From Anthoceros angustus (Eukaryota > Plantae > Anthocerotophyta), in NCBI GenBank assembly GCA_010909165.1, contig MU008215.1:303403-367402 (forward strand): a DNA stretch of 64,000 nt, read 5' to 3'. The notes beneath the pieces are model-generated. The model was given only the letters and a program-made list of their open reading frames with translations. It ran no database searches and was not told where the DNA came from. Made by a program: the position numbers and the translations under genes. Positions 1-12,480 of this stretch are shown here, piece by piece. How positions within the stretch are numbered: the stretch's first letter is position 1; each line of letters starts with the position of its first letter.

Positions 1-80
1 CTGATCCACTCTCTCATAACAGTCACCAGAATCGAATGAATCTCTTTCAATGAAGATTTGGACAATGAACAGTCTCTGTC

Positions 81-2838
81 ATGAAACTGATCAACCATCA
101 CAGAGTCACGTGGAATGAAACTCTCACCCTTGTAGACTGGAATCCTCAATCGCATGGGTACACCTGCTTTCACCATGCCTTTCGTGTACTCAACTGCATC
201 CTTCAGGGTGGTGGTCACAGTGCACCTGGGCATCCTACTTTGTTAGGTCTCATCCCGACAGCGGTCCCTGAACGATGGCCAGTGGCAACCGGACCGTTGT
301 GGACCCAACAAATTGTGTGTGTACAGGGATTCTACGGAGCTCGCTCACCTCACCTCAGGAGTCAACCCCTGGCTCCGTGCAGCAGTGTAAGGAGCCCAGC
401 ACTTCCACCTGAGAAATGTGGTGGGGACGGATTTCCAGCGATGGTCGTCGCAGGAGCAGGAGCACTTGTGGCAACAATTTTTCTGGACCCTACCATGTGG
501 TGGGACAACAGACGAGATAAGAAGAGCTCCCGTTCGCCTGACTTCCGGCGTAAGGGGTCCGGCGAGGTCCTGTGGTTAAACAGCATGTTTAAGCCAGCTT
601 GGGTTGATGAGCAGCTCGTTTCCTTGGATATGCAGATGGGTCATGGTGCCTCCTTCCAAGTCGAGCTCCGGATAAGCCTGAACCTCAGGCGTGCAGGATC
701 GGAAATGGGCGTCGTAACGGCTGGAACCGTGAGCATGTTATGTCAGCAGGGAAGCTTTCTGAGGCCGTTGGAGCCCTGGAATCTCTGGCGCAGAGACTCT
801 GCCATTTCAGTCTCTGTTTACACTGTGCTGAAACTGTGTACAGCTAAGAAGGATTTGTGGGGACGAGTTCATGATCTCACTGTCAAACTTGGGTACGAGT
901 CGAATGCATACTTGGGGAACCATATCTTGCGCATGTATGCATGTGGAGGTAGGCTAGAGGAGGCCATGGATGTGTTCACCAGGGTGGGCAAACCAGATGT
1001 TCATGTGGTCTCCATAATCTCTGCATGCTAAGCATGGGAAACCTAATGAGGCCATACAACTGTACCATGAGATGCGTAGGTCAGGAGTGAAGGCGATGCT
1101 CACGTCTTTGTAGCTGCCCTTCAAGCTTGTGTTTGCCGCCGACTTGGAATCTGGCAGAAAGTGCACTGTGATGTGTGCAGTGGCATTCCTACTAACTTGT
1201 TTGTTGGCAACTGCCTGGTGGACATGTATGCAAAATGTGAACTGAAAGATGCACGCCAGGTTTTGACAGCATGGCCACAAGGATGTGGTGACATGGAATG
1301 CCCTGATATCTGGGTATGCAAAATGGTGAACTGAAAGATGCACGCCAGGTTTTGACAGCATGACAAAGAATGTGGTGACATGGAATGCCCTGATTGGGTA
1401 TGCAGCAAGGCACATGAGGCTTGTTCTGACAAATGGAGCAGGAGGGCCTCATTTTGGCTAACCATGTTACTTTTGCTTGCCTTCTGAAGGCCTGTGCAAG
1501 CAGCCTGAAAAGGCACTGAGATTGTTGAAAGAGGACTGCTGGATAATGTAGTGTGGCACCTGCCTGGTGGACATGTATGCAAAATGTGGTGAACTGGAAG
1601 ATGCACGCCAGGTTTTGACAGCGGCCACAAAGGATGTGGTGACATGGAATGCCCTGATTGCTGGGTATGCACAAGGACTTGGGCCAAGAGGCGCTTGTTC
1701 TGTATGGACAAATGGAGCAGAGGCCTGATTTTGGCAATGCTTGCCTTCTGAAGGCCTGTGGAAGTACTGGTGCCTTACAGAAAGGCAGGCAGCTCCACTC
1801 ACAGATTGTGGATAGAGGACTGCTGGATGACGTACTGTTGGGCACCTGCTTGGTGGACATGTACGCAAAATGTGGCAAACTGGAAGATGCACGCCAGGTT
1901 TTTGACAGCATGAACACCAAGAACGTGGTGACGTGGAATGCCCTGATCTCTGGGTACGGTTCTTGTGATCATGGGAAGACAGCACTATCTTGTTTTGAGG
2001 AGATGTTAGTTGGTGGAATTCAGCCTGATGGTGCTACTTTTACTTCCCTTCTAGTAGCATGCAGTCATGAGGGACTGGTCAACGAGGGTCGCAAGCACTT
2101 TCATTCCATGGCAGAAGAGCATGGCATCAAACCTACGATTGAGCATTACACCTGCATGATTGACCTTCTTGGGCGGGCCGGCCAGTTAGATGAGGCAGAG
2201 AAGATGCTTTTGTCATGTGAGGGCCAAAGTAATGTTGTGGGCTTGAGGTCTTTGTTGAATGCCTGCAAAAATCACGGGGATACCGAGAGGGCAAGGTGGT
2301 GTTTTGAAAGTATTGTAAGGCTGGACCTCACGGTGCGTCTGCCTATGTGCTCATGGCCAATGCGTACGCAGATGCAGGTAGGTGGAGCGATGTAGACAGG
2401 ATTGAAACACAGAGAAAGGTAGCAGGAGCTAACAAGAAACCTGGAGTGGCTACCATTGAGGTGAATAAGCAGGTACATAGATTTCTGGTTGGAGAAACGA
2501 GAGAGGATATTGCACTTAAGGTGGAGAGCACGAATGCACGTCTGAAGCAGGAAGGAGGCCACATACCTCACACAAAGTTGGTGTTGAAGCCACTGTGTGA
2601 GAAGGAAAAGGAAGATGCGCTTTGTGGGCATGCTGAGAAGCTAGCTCTGGCGTTTGGTCTCTTGAACACTCCGAGTGGGACACCTCTGGTAGTAACGAAG
2701 AATCTACGCATGTGCAGTGACTGCCACAGTTCCACGGAGATCATGTCAAGGCTTGAACAGAGGGATATTGTTGTGAGGGATGGGTACCGTGTGCATCGAT
2801 TCGCAGATGGTTGTTGCAGTTGTAAGAATCGACCGTGA
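81..2838 (+). CDS. PLS-class PPR protein with N-terminal PDF (OSB-type) motif and C-terminal E1/E2-DYW:KP domain; putative organellar U-to-C RNA editing factor (frameshifted in this sequence; start codon uncertain)
   Basis: ORFs 81-1031, 1658-2395 and 2347-2838 join across indels. Repeated PPR motifs such as LVDMYAKCGKLEDARQVFDSMNTKNVVTWNALISGY, E-motif region HYTCMIDLLGRAGQLDEAE, then KKPGVATIEV...CGHAEKLALAFGLLNTP...KNLRMCSDCH...HRFADGCCSCKNRP. Confidence 0.93.
460..630 (+). other. PDF motif of the type found in organellar ssDNA-binding OSB proteins
   Basis: With one base restored in a T run it reads EHLWQQFF(L)DPTMWWDNRRDKKSSRSPDFRRKGSGEVLWLNSMFKPAWVDEQLVSLD, matching the OSB consensus LW..FF..P..WWDNR..K.....PDF..K..GE.LW....P.WV. 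Confidence 0.85.
1205..1960 (+). repeat. Near-identical PPR-coding DNA repeats
   Basis: tgcctggtggacatgtatgcaaaatg...gaagatgcacgccaggttttgacagc...gtggtgacatggaatgccctgat recurs at ~1212, ~1315 (partial), ~1561 and ~1847. Confidence 0.85.
2434..2838 (+). other. DYW:KP deaminase-like domain
   Basis: PG box KKPGVATIEV, VLKPL, active site HAEK instead of HSEK (codon at ~2629), CSDC zinc ligands, C-terminus CSCKNRP instead of DYW. Confidence 0.9.
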
Positions 2839-3116
2839 GAACAATGAAGGAGTAGGTAGTGCTAAGGCGGTCACGCCAGAAAATTATCACCTTTATTTAG
2901 GGGGGTGAAAGTGCTTGCTTAGCTCCATCCCTGTCGAAACATGGACTTACATGGTTACACGATCCCACCCCTCATACTACAAGAGTGTTTGTTATGATTG
3001 AAATTTAAGACTTGATGTAATTAAGGCAGCATGAACTATGGATTCTTAAAGGACCTCGAAAACATAACGTTTTCTGGGCACTGCTCCATGGAATACCGAA
3101 GTCGTCACCGGGCATG

Positions 3117-3290
3117 TGCATGTGTGTTCCAAGAGAACAGAAATATGTGTGTCTATGAAAAATCATGGATGACAACATCCGAACACCAGAGCGCATGTGT
3201 GTTCCAGGCGAACAGAATATGTATATGTGTGTGTATGAAAAATCTTAAAGGGGTGGAAAAATCATGGATGATAACATCCAAACACTAGAG
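3117..3290. repeat. Imperfect ~75-bp tandem duplication
   Basis: gcatgtgtgttcca..gaacagaa.atatg...tatgaaaaatc...atggatga.aacatcc.aacac.agag occurs twice, the second copy with an internal insertion. Confidence 0.7.
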
Positions 3291-5650
3291 TATGAATAAT
3301 TGGTCACGCGCATCCACATTTTTTAGGGTTGTGGGATAAAGAATAGTCTCCGCATAATGGGCGGAACTATTTCTGATGCCACGCATGACCACATCGGTCG
3401 GGGCTGCAGCCCAGGTGTACCGATGTCATCAACCTACTTGATGATGCACACAAAGTTTTCACGATACGCAGAAACTTTTTTTCTCTTGGGTTTAGGGTTG
3501 CGTTTAGGGTCATTTGCGTTTTTGTGCCATTGCGATGCATCTAGGCGCGACACAAAGCGCGATGTGGGTGGAGTACCTTTTACATTTGCGTTTGCGCTGC
3601 ACTCATCATTTGTGTTTGCGGCACTAAGTCGTTGTTCGCAAGCATGTGGCTGCGTGTTTAGCACCGGGTGCATATAGGGCCGCTGAACATTTCTGCCTTC
3701 ATATGGGGTGCGTTTCACATAGCACTAAGTATCCTGAAACAAGCTTGTACCGCAAGGACCAACACAAGAAGGGTGTCATGGCATGTAGAGGTCTAGACAG
3801 TCAGGCAGTGTGTAGGGTGCGACGATGAGTGTGTGTGTGTTCGGTGTGAGTATGTGAGGAGAGGCGATGCATAGACCATAACTGCATATATGTGATTGGG
3901 ATGTGATGGCATGATGGGTAGCATGTATATAGGTGTGGGATGGACATCATGGCAGCATGAGCCATGCATGCGGAGCAAGGACAAGCGCAATTAAGGCTCA
4001 GCGACGAAGATCTCTCTGGGTGCGCGGGCGCGCCGATGGCTCTTCGAAATCCGGGCCGATGTTTAAGACTGGCGGCGGTGTAGGCTAAAGGTGCAATCCG
4101 TCATTGATCATGGATTGTTGATGTCTCTGTGAGAATAGCCACATGATCCCAAGCGTTCTCAAGCATCTTGTGTGTGATTTCAGTGGTGATGTGTGTAGAA
4201 GACGGTGACCACTTGAAGTTGAGTGGATTTTTTGCACATCAACAATCCGCTGCTGACGAAGCCGCACAAGACAGCAACGTGACTCGAAGGGCTCGAGAGA
4301 GTGGCCCAAGATTCGAGCGGAAAGATGAGAAGAGGACGCAGAATCGATGATGCAGAAACGGTGAACCGCACAGATAAGTCCATGGTGGATTACCGTGAAA
4401 GCACTTTGGATTATTCACTGCTGTTTTATGCAGGCAGATCCATTCAAGAGTGGGCCAGTCTAGCGGAGCTGGAACCGGATTTGTGGCAAAGGCTCTGGAA
4501 TGAGGTGATCAATAAGCTGGCATGGTTGGCGGACTGGACGCGGGAAGGAACCGACACCAACTTTGACGGAATGCCATCCATAGTCTCTCGCAGAGGGAGG
4601 GATTGAAAGTGATGGTGTTTCTGCGGTCAGGTGTGGGAGGCAGATCCCGGGGCTTCCGAGATGCACCCTCTAGCGGCCACACTTATCCCACTCATCGCTT
4701 ATCAGACGCTGGGTTTCGGCCTCCCATGAGACTTTGTGACTGGCCGGATCTTGATAAATCGGGCCACCACTACTCGCAAGCCTACTTAAGCACACTACCT
4801 CACTTTCCAAATGCTAAGGCACCTCACGCCCTCTATAGTAGCTAGCACCACTGTACTCTGCATCACGCTAAATTTACCAAGACTCAACCTACAACGACAC
4901 CACACACTGTGTCACGCTCTTAACAAAGAGAGTGCCCATCAAGGTGCGCCCAGTGACCCCCGACCCACACCGCACCTCAGTCCTTACTCCTAAGACCACT
5001 CTTCCAGCTTGGTCAAGGAGCGCCCTCTTACCGCATTTGACGGATCATTCTCAGGGCTCGCCGTGGCCTCCGCTTGCTTCCTACACTCTAATTCTCCTCA
5101 CAATCCTCTCAATCAACAACGCCTCTCCTTCTACTCATCTAACCTTCCTTCCTCCACAATCTTCTACTCTAACACCACTGTTGGGCTCATTAATTCCAAA
5201 GCTCTCTTTACGGCAAGACAACCGCTCGGGTCCATCCGGAATTAACGAAGTTCTTCTCAATGGCTAGTTATGTGGTTTGCTGTACCAGACAATGAGAACC
5301 TCCAGAGTCTTTCCCCTCAGCAAATACCCTCAAGCCGAGAGTTCCTTGAGCATTGCAGGCACACACTCAAAGCAAAAACAATTCACACGCTAGAACCAGG
5401 CTCACAAGTGAGCACTGCAAAGGTGCCTGCAAAGAGCAAGCCCCTCCGCTTAGTTAGCATCCGAACTGGCCGTGTACTCCCTCTCTACCAGACACCTGCT
5501 GGTTGGCTTGCAACCGGGCACTGAAATTCTCGCACGGTGCTTAAGGACCTCAAAGAGGATGGGAGCGCAAGACAATTTATAATTTTACTTCTACAAGCTC
5601 CCTCCTTTTATAGGGAGGACCTCACAACCTCCTCTCGGGGCGCTGCCTCC

Positions 5651-5857
5651 TATGAAAAAATAACATATGGCATTAAGTATATGTGTAACCTAGGCTGATG
5701 GGGTCTATTAGGTTTACACTATTTAAACTACAATTTACGCTTTTATGTGTATGCTCACTTATTTTATTTTATCTAAGCATTCTGGCCGCTTGTTTGCACT
5801 TGTTCTTCGTGATACCATCATGTCAAGCTTTCTTGACTTAAATCCTCGGTTTTCATA
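5651..5857 (+). repeat. Copia-1 5' LTR (TATGAAAA...TTTTCATA)
   Basis: Repeated at 11706-11903; 8-bp terminal inverted repeat; abuts the Met-i PBS. Confidence 0.92.
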
Positions 5858-6822
5858 TGGTATCGAGCACATGCGCCGTGAACATGTCAGAGTTGCAATG
5901 CCGAGGAATAAATCGAATTGTGGATTCGTGGAAGAGGAGGATTTGCAAAGACCTTCTCAAGGCCAGTTTTCTAAAGACCTCCTCGTATTCCAACCAAAGA
6001 TCCTCGGATCGGGTTGAGACAAAGGTCAACGTGATCAATTGATCCTCGAGAATTATTGTGTCAAGGCCGCAATACTTCACATCAAAATTCACGAATCGCT
6101 ACAACATCCACTTGTACCAGTGGACGATTGTTCAAACAAGATCATTGTTCAAGAAACCTGCTAGGCGATCTCTCAAAGACTGCAGCCTCAGACGGAGATA
6201 CCAAGACATCCGCAGCACATTGCGTGATATTCACCGAGGTACGAATTTGGAAGGAATTTTAAACGTCTGTAGACAACAATCTTTTTCTATGAGGCTGGAC
6301 TCAACAGATTTTAAAATTCATAAACTATTTGTTAGATTTTCTCCAAATTGAAGGACCGACCAAGCAATTGCGTATATCGAACATCACATTACGCCCTCCG
6401 AGGAGGAGCCACGATTGATCTAACCTGCTTTTTCTAGCATGGTGATGGTCTGTGGTTTCCAGGCGTTGCTACCCTTTTCTCGCTCCGGCTCAAGACCGCT
6501 AGTAACCGCTTTCTCAAGCCATCCATGCCCTAGAAAAGAAGTCAGAAAGTTAGTTGGTCTTTTCTAGTTCGCTAAAAGCCAAATGAAACCCTAAAAGAGT
6601 TTTCTTTAGATAACCGCCATCTGCTCGGTGGTTTTTTGTATTTATGTATGTCTCGCTAGAGACTACCTCTTTAGCTTCCTTTATCTCCATACATATTTCA
6701 GAGACGCGTTTGGGCTTTTAGGACACCTCCTCCAAGCCCACCACCTAGCCCACCCATCGCCTCCTCCCAATCCACCTTCTTTTTCCCTTTCAACTCCGCT
6801 TATACAACCGCCCATCCACAAG

Positions 6823-9800
6823 ATGGTCGCTCCAACCTTTACAGTAATTGAAAACACAAGATGATTCAATGGAACGAAATTTGACATATGGCGTACGTGA
6901 TGATGACCACTCATGCGCAAGAGGAGTATGGGGAGTCGTGGATGGATCTTACGCGAACCGCTTTTTCCTACCGGAGGATCGCAATCGAACCACTATAACA
7001 CAAGTCGATGTTGACAAATGGAACTACCAATGTTGTTGTTTTGCTCTTGATCCACGGACTTGATGAAGTTCTCATTCCAGATATGGAATCTTTGACCAAA
7101 GCCCATGAAGTTTGGAATTATTAATACATATGCCGCCAAGACGATGCTTACTAAGTGTGCAAAGACAAACAGAGTTCTACACTTTGAAGATGCGGGAGGG
7201 TGACGGTGGCTGCCCACACAAGCAAATTCTCATCTTCGCCTCCCGCCTTGCTCCTTGAACACCAAATGATCAAGAGGATGCTATTGCTCACCGCTTAGTC
7301 TTCCCGCATCATACCAAACTTTTGTGTCACTACAAAATGGGCCACTTATAGCTAGCCGTAACGTGGCACTGAACCTGTGAACCTCACCTGAGAATGTGAT
7401 ATCCTATTGTATCAAGAAGAGTCGACTTGACACAATCCAGTGGCTCGAAAGGTTCGGATGCATGAGTCCTCTACACCTCACGCCAGTGGAGGTTTCTGGA
7501 GAGGGCGGAAGAGGAGGACGACCAAGATTCTCAGTCGTCCGACCACCGGTTCATCTTCTTCCTCAACCAAGAAACCCGGTAGTAATTGGTAACGTGCGGC
7601 AGGAGGGATTGCCGCAAAAGAAGGCGAGCCCGTCGTCCCAAGCCGAGGTTAACACTAAGGAAGAAAGATCTCAAATGAGAATGGAAAAGCAAGTGGTCAA
7701 GATTCTCACCATCCGCCTCTCCTCATCATCGAGCGCCTCGCAGTACCTAGATTCAGCGCAATCGCACACATTTGTAAAGACAACAAATTGCTCGCCAGCT
7801 GAAGTTTCGACCCACCAAGTCAGTCTGCCGGGTGACGAACGACGCTCAACGAGCTTACCCATCCAGTGGATCTGCACCGCTGCTTTCTTATGGCTGATAA
7901 TTCAAGGTCGCATGTGCCGTGCATCTTTATGTACCGAATGGCGAAGAATCGTCCGTCCGACTCGGCAATCCAACACAACCTGAGTTCCGCTCTATGGGAC
8001 AACTTGTGAAGTCTTCAGCATTCCTCCAAAGGAATAAAGGTATTGGCCGTGGAGTCCCCGACCGAGCTTTACCGACCGGATGTGACTTGTGAAGTTCCCA
8101 TCGAGTGTTGTCATCGCATCAACTTCTCCAAAGACATTTGCCCGCAAGTGAAGGGTTATGGCATGCTCGCTTTGGGCATGTCAACAAGAATTCACTAATA
8201 AAATGTCTCGGATCAGAATAACCATTTTATGTTTCAAAGACTTGCCCATCATGAGGCCTCGCTTTTGGCGAAGCAAAAGAGAAGCCTTTTTCCACACCAT
8301 GCCTTCGAACTTCAGCCTCCTTGACTTGGTTCATGCCGACATATCCGTAAACTGCAAACACAATCTTTAGGAGGAGCATGGTACTATCTTACAATAACCG
8401 ATGACTTCCGTTTTACTTGGACCTATACCATGTCCCGTAAGAGTGATACCTTCACATGTTTCAAGAATGGATCCTCATGGCCCGAGACAACAGTCAGTTT
8501 ACTCAAATGTTTGCGAATCGACAATGGAATCAATTTCGCAACTGCATTTTGATGATTTCCTCCAGAAAATGGTATCCTTCGTCAACTCACTGCTTATACC
8601 CCACAAAGAAACGGGTTGCCGAGAGGAAGAACCAGACTCTCATGGCATGACTCAAAGATGTTGAGATGGGCATCATTGCCGAGTACGCGTAAGCACAATA
8701 GCCTACCTACATTCTAAACCGTCTTCTCACTACTTCACTTCAAGGTAAGACTCCTTTGAGCAATTTTGGGGACTAAACCTAGCATACAAGACCTCAAAGT
8801 TTTTGGCCCACCGCCACGCCTATATCCCACCGTAAAAACGCCGGGTTAGATGAGTATCAAGGGCATTAATCTTTGTAGGATATGGAGATGAGGCTAAAGC
8901 CTCTGTCGATAGACCCACCACTCTTACCCCTTTTCTTGCACGGCGTTGTTTTCAAAGAACCGCTGCCACCCTCCTCGTGGCGTGCACCCTGATTCAGATT
9001 CCTCTGATGATGAGTCTTTCCCTGATTCCATTGAGACTCCTCCATCTATCTTTCCACAGGGTGGCCCTCCAGGTCCTGCTAATCTTCGCCCACAGATGCC
9101 AGCACCTGTCCTTGCAAATCCAGATCCCCCTGATCCTGCTCCTGATGCTGATCCTCTTCCGGATTCCATACCCATCATTGAGCCTGCCGCACCCATACCT
9201 GTTCCACCAGATCTTGATTATGACTTGCATCTTGAGCCCCTTGAAGATCCTGCTGCCATCTCAGATTTAGAGGAGGAGGCTTTGCTTCCAGCAACAGGTG
9301 TTCCCCCTCACCGGTATCCTTTAAGACAGCGGGCTCCTCCTTCCCAATGGAAAGACCCACCTTATTCTTCCATTGACTATCGTTCTTCAGCACACATGGT
9401 TGTCCCCGGCATTGCTCCCGGAGTGCCCTCTCAGATCTGGACCTGCCCATGGATGAAGCCCGCCCCGACGCCCATCAGCAAGCCGCAGAGAGGAGGAATA
9501 TCACCATACTCAAACAAAACATGGGTACTCACAGACTTGCTGAATGGCAAGTCAGTCAGAAAATGGGTTTTCAAGACTAAGCTAAATGCTAAAGGTGAGA
9601 TTGCTCGTATAAGGCTCGACTGCACGGGCTTTAGTCAAGTTCTGGCCTCGACTACTGTGGAGACCTTTTCTCCGTAGTGTACGATTAGAATCATCCGGCT
9701 ATAGTCACGAGCTCAATCTCAATCGCATCAAATGGATGTATGTACCGCTTTACATGGCAAATTGAAGAGGAGATATATATGGAACAAGGCTACATCAACA

Positions 9801-10910
9801 AACAATTTCCAAGGAAGGTCAAGCTTCTTAGGGCCCCGTATATGGCCTCAAACAAAGTGCCATGTCAGGAACAAGAGATTAGACACTCACCTTAAGAGTC
9901 TTGGTTTCCCAGTGTCATTCTTCCGTGTACTACCTTGTTGATGGTTTAGCTTTTGCATCCTAGCCATATATGTAGATGATCAGTATCTTTGCTCGCATAA
10001 ATTTTGACATGTTAGAAAAGGTTAAAATTGCTTAGAACCGAATTTGAGATGAAGGATGTGAGATTTAAAATTCCTAGGTGTCCAGTGCTACACACAGGAC
10101 ACAGCCCGATTGTAATTCACCGTAAGAAATACCTTACCGAGATAATCGAGGAGATTTGATCAGCTGCCGCCAAAGATCCACCTGTGCCTGTGGGAGTAAA
10201 GTTAATCTGACCAATGTGCAACCACGCCGAGGAACTTGACATGGAGAAGATCCTCATGTGCATGCCGTGCCTCATTTACATCTCCAATTGGACAAGACCA
10301 GATATTGCTTTCGCAGTTAGCTCAGTGTCCCAATTTCTTGAGAAGCCTGGACGAGTGCATTGGGCGGTTGTCAAACGAATCTATCGTTACCTCAAAGGGA
10401 CATCAACTGTTGGCCTCTTCTATCAAGCTGGTTTGCCTTCTGGCCTCACACTATCTGCTTATACGGATGCTGACTGGGCTTCCGACCCTAACTCACGGAA
10501 GAGCCTATCGACATACTGTTTCCTCCTGGCTGGTGGTGCTGTGAATTGGTCATGCAAAAAACAGATGTCAATAGCCCTTTCATCAACTGAGGCTGAATAC
10601 ATATCGTTGACTGATTCTGCAAAAGAGGCTGAATGGGAGCGTGCTTACTTGAGAGACCTCCATGTTGAGCAGAAGGAACCCACTGTGGTGCTATGTGACA
10701 ACAGCTCAGCCATTGCGTTGGTCGCTAATCCCCGTTTCCATGCAAGAACGAAGCACTTCGAGATTAAACATCACTACAAGAGACAGATCAAGAGGAATTA
10801 TTAAGATTCTACATGTTCCACACCGATAACACGGACATATTGACAAAGGCACCGCCAAAGTCAAGCATCTATTACATATGGAGTCCTTGGGACTCGTAGA
10901 CTTCACCATC
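6823..10910 (+). pseudogene. Copia-1 gag-pol (many frameshifts)
   Basis: gag ARGVWGVVDGS; integrase LLDLVHADI; RT KWVFKTKLNAKGEIAR and AIYVDD; RNase H AYTDADWASD...ALSSTEAEY...CDNSSAIALVANPRFHARTKH. Confidence 0.92.
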
Positions 10911-11705
10911 TACTCAAGGATTAAGCTTCTCGACCTATGGGGAGGTGGGGACCTAAGTCTCCGATCTTCAAGCCTAGTATAATTTAGGTTTCATCTCTTT
11001 GTCAGACATCTCCCACTCTTCCCATCCGTGAGCCTGTGGCACACATCACAAACAAGATACCGGTCACATGACTGACATGCTTTCGTGTCACTACTAGTAA
11101 GAGGGAGCATGGATGAAGCGATGTGTTTTCTCACCTAATCTTGCGCCTTCTTTCCTTTGTCCTTATGTGGGAGCGCTTTTCGCTTCCGCTTCTTCCTTTA
11201 TCACGCCTTCACCGGTAGTGGAGTCCTGATAGCCTCATGCCACCTTACTCTCATGCCTCTGAGAGGGTCTGCAATAGGTTTGTTCAGCACACCGACAATC
11301 TCCTCCTCCTTCACTTCCGCCTGATTCGCTTTCTTGCACACTGCATAACACCGCCGCTATCTCTACCTCCCACCGCATTTTCTCAAGTGCCGCAGATTGA
11401 AGGGCTTCCATTCCCTTGCTTTGTGCGGGCGCGTCAGTCTGTATGTGCCCTAGCCGCTTCTCCTCCTAGAGACCGCAATCCTAGTGCCTCCATCATCGCC
11501 CCGTTATGGGCAGAAGCGCTCCCCATCGCGGCCGTCATCGACCCGTCGGATTATGGCGCAGCATACGCCGATCGTAATAAAGACTATGGCAAGTATGACG
11601 CTTTGCCGCCGCCGTGCTTCGTGCCTCGCGTGAAACGTAAGACCGATGAACCTGCTCCGTGGACTATACTTGCTGCAAATGCATAATGCCTAGGTTATGT
11701 GGGAG

Positions 11706-11903
11706 TAAAATATACATTAAGTATATGTGTAACCTAGGCGTATGGGGTTCATTAGGTTTACACTATTTAAACTACAATTTACGTTTTATGTGTATGCTCA
11801 CTTATTTTATTTTATCTAAGCATTCTGGCTGCTTGCTTGCACTTGTTCTTCGTGATACCACATCATGTCAAGCTTTCTTGACTTAAACTGCCTGCTTTTC
11901 ATA
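11706..11903 (+). repeat. Copia-1 3' LTR
   Basis: Follows the PPT, ends ttttcata, followed by TSD cctcc. Confidence 0.92.
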
Positions 11904-12412
11904 CCTCCTAGCACCGCCTCACTTATTTTAGTGTATCCCATCAGCCGATTTTAAGTTCGGCATCCAAGCATCTTGCAAAATTCTATTCTAGCAAATTCAC
12001 CTATGTGAGCCTTAATGGCTCGCCAACATTCCTATCTAGCTAGTCAACACACCCATCGGGACAAGCATTAATGCCTCCCCTCCTCTAAAGAAAAGTCTTC
12101 CCAAGTGGCATCTTGCCCCATGTCTTCAAGCTAATTTAAGGACTTCTTATGAATCCCTTCCTTATCTTGATGCCTATCTTGAGTTCCTTCCTCCAATAAA
12201 ATAGCCTGGCTCTTAGCCACCGGCTCATCCTCTCCTCTCTTCCTCTCACTTGTGGAGCAAGTGAGCCTTGCCCGCACCCATGTTAGGAGGTTGGTCTTCT
12301 GTGATTCTTGCTCCATTCCCCGCAAGATCAACCCCTCTTCCTTCTTTCTGCAAGGGCCAAGGTACTCGCCTCGCCACAATCCATGCTAGGCCTTGAATCC
12401 GCTTCTTCCGGC

Positions 12413-12480
12413 CCTCCTACCACGGTAGGAGTCCTCCTACCACGGTAGGAACTCCTCCTACCACGGTAGGAGTTCCTACC
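12413..12480. repeat. Tandem array of ~20-bp palindromic units CTCCTACC-AC-GGTAGGAG
   Basis: Three full units plus a partial one; related units at ~13725-13895. Confidence 0.85.

Larger units (their letters stand above)
5651..11903 (+). mobile_element. Ty1/Copia LTR retrotransposon (Copia-1), full length, TA...TA termini, TSD CCTCC
   Basis: Direct LTRs 5651-5857 and 11706-11903; cctcc at 5646-5650 and 11904-11908; PBS tggtatc(a)gagc at 5858; PPT tgtgggag before 11706; domain order gag-INT-RT-RH. Confidence 0.95.

Noticed and set aside
954-2631. Minus-strand ORFs overlapping the PPR gene
   Set aside because: Antisense shadows of repetitive PPR codons.
3320-3510. Telomere array
   Set aside because: Only isolated TTTAGGG units, not a tandem tract.
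12413-12480. CRISPR-like palindromic direct repeats
   Set aside because: No spacers (units abut), no cas genes, eukaryotic LTR context.
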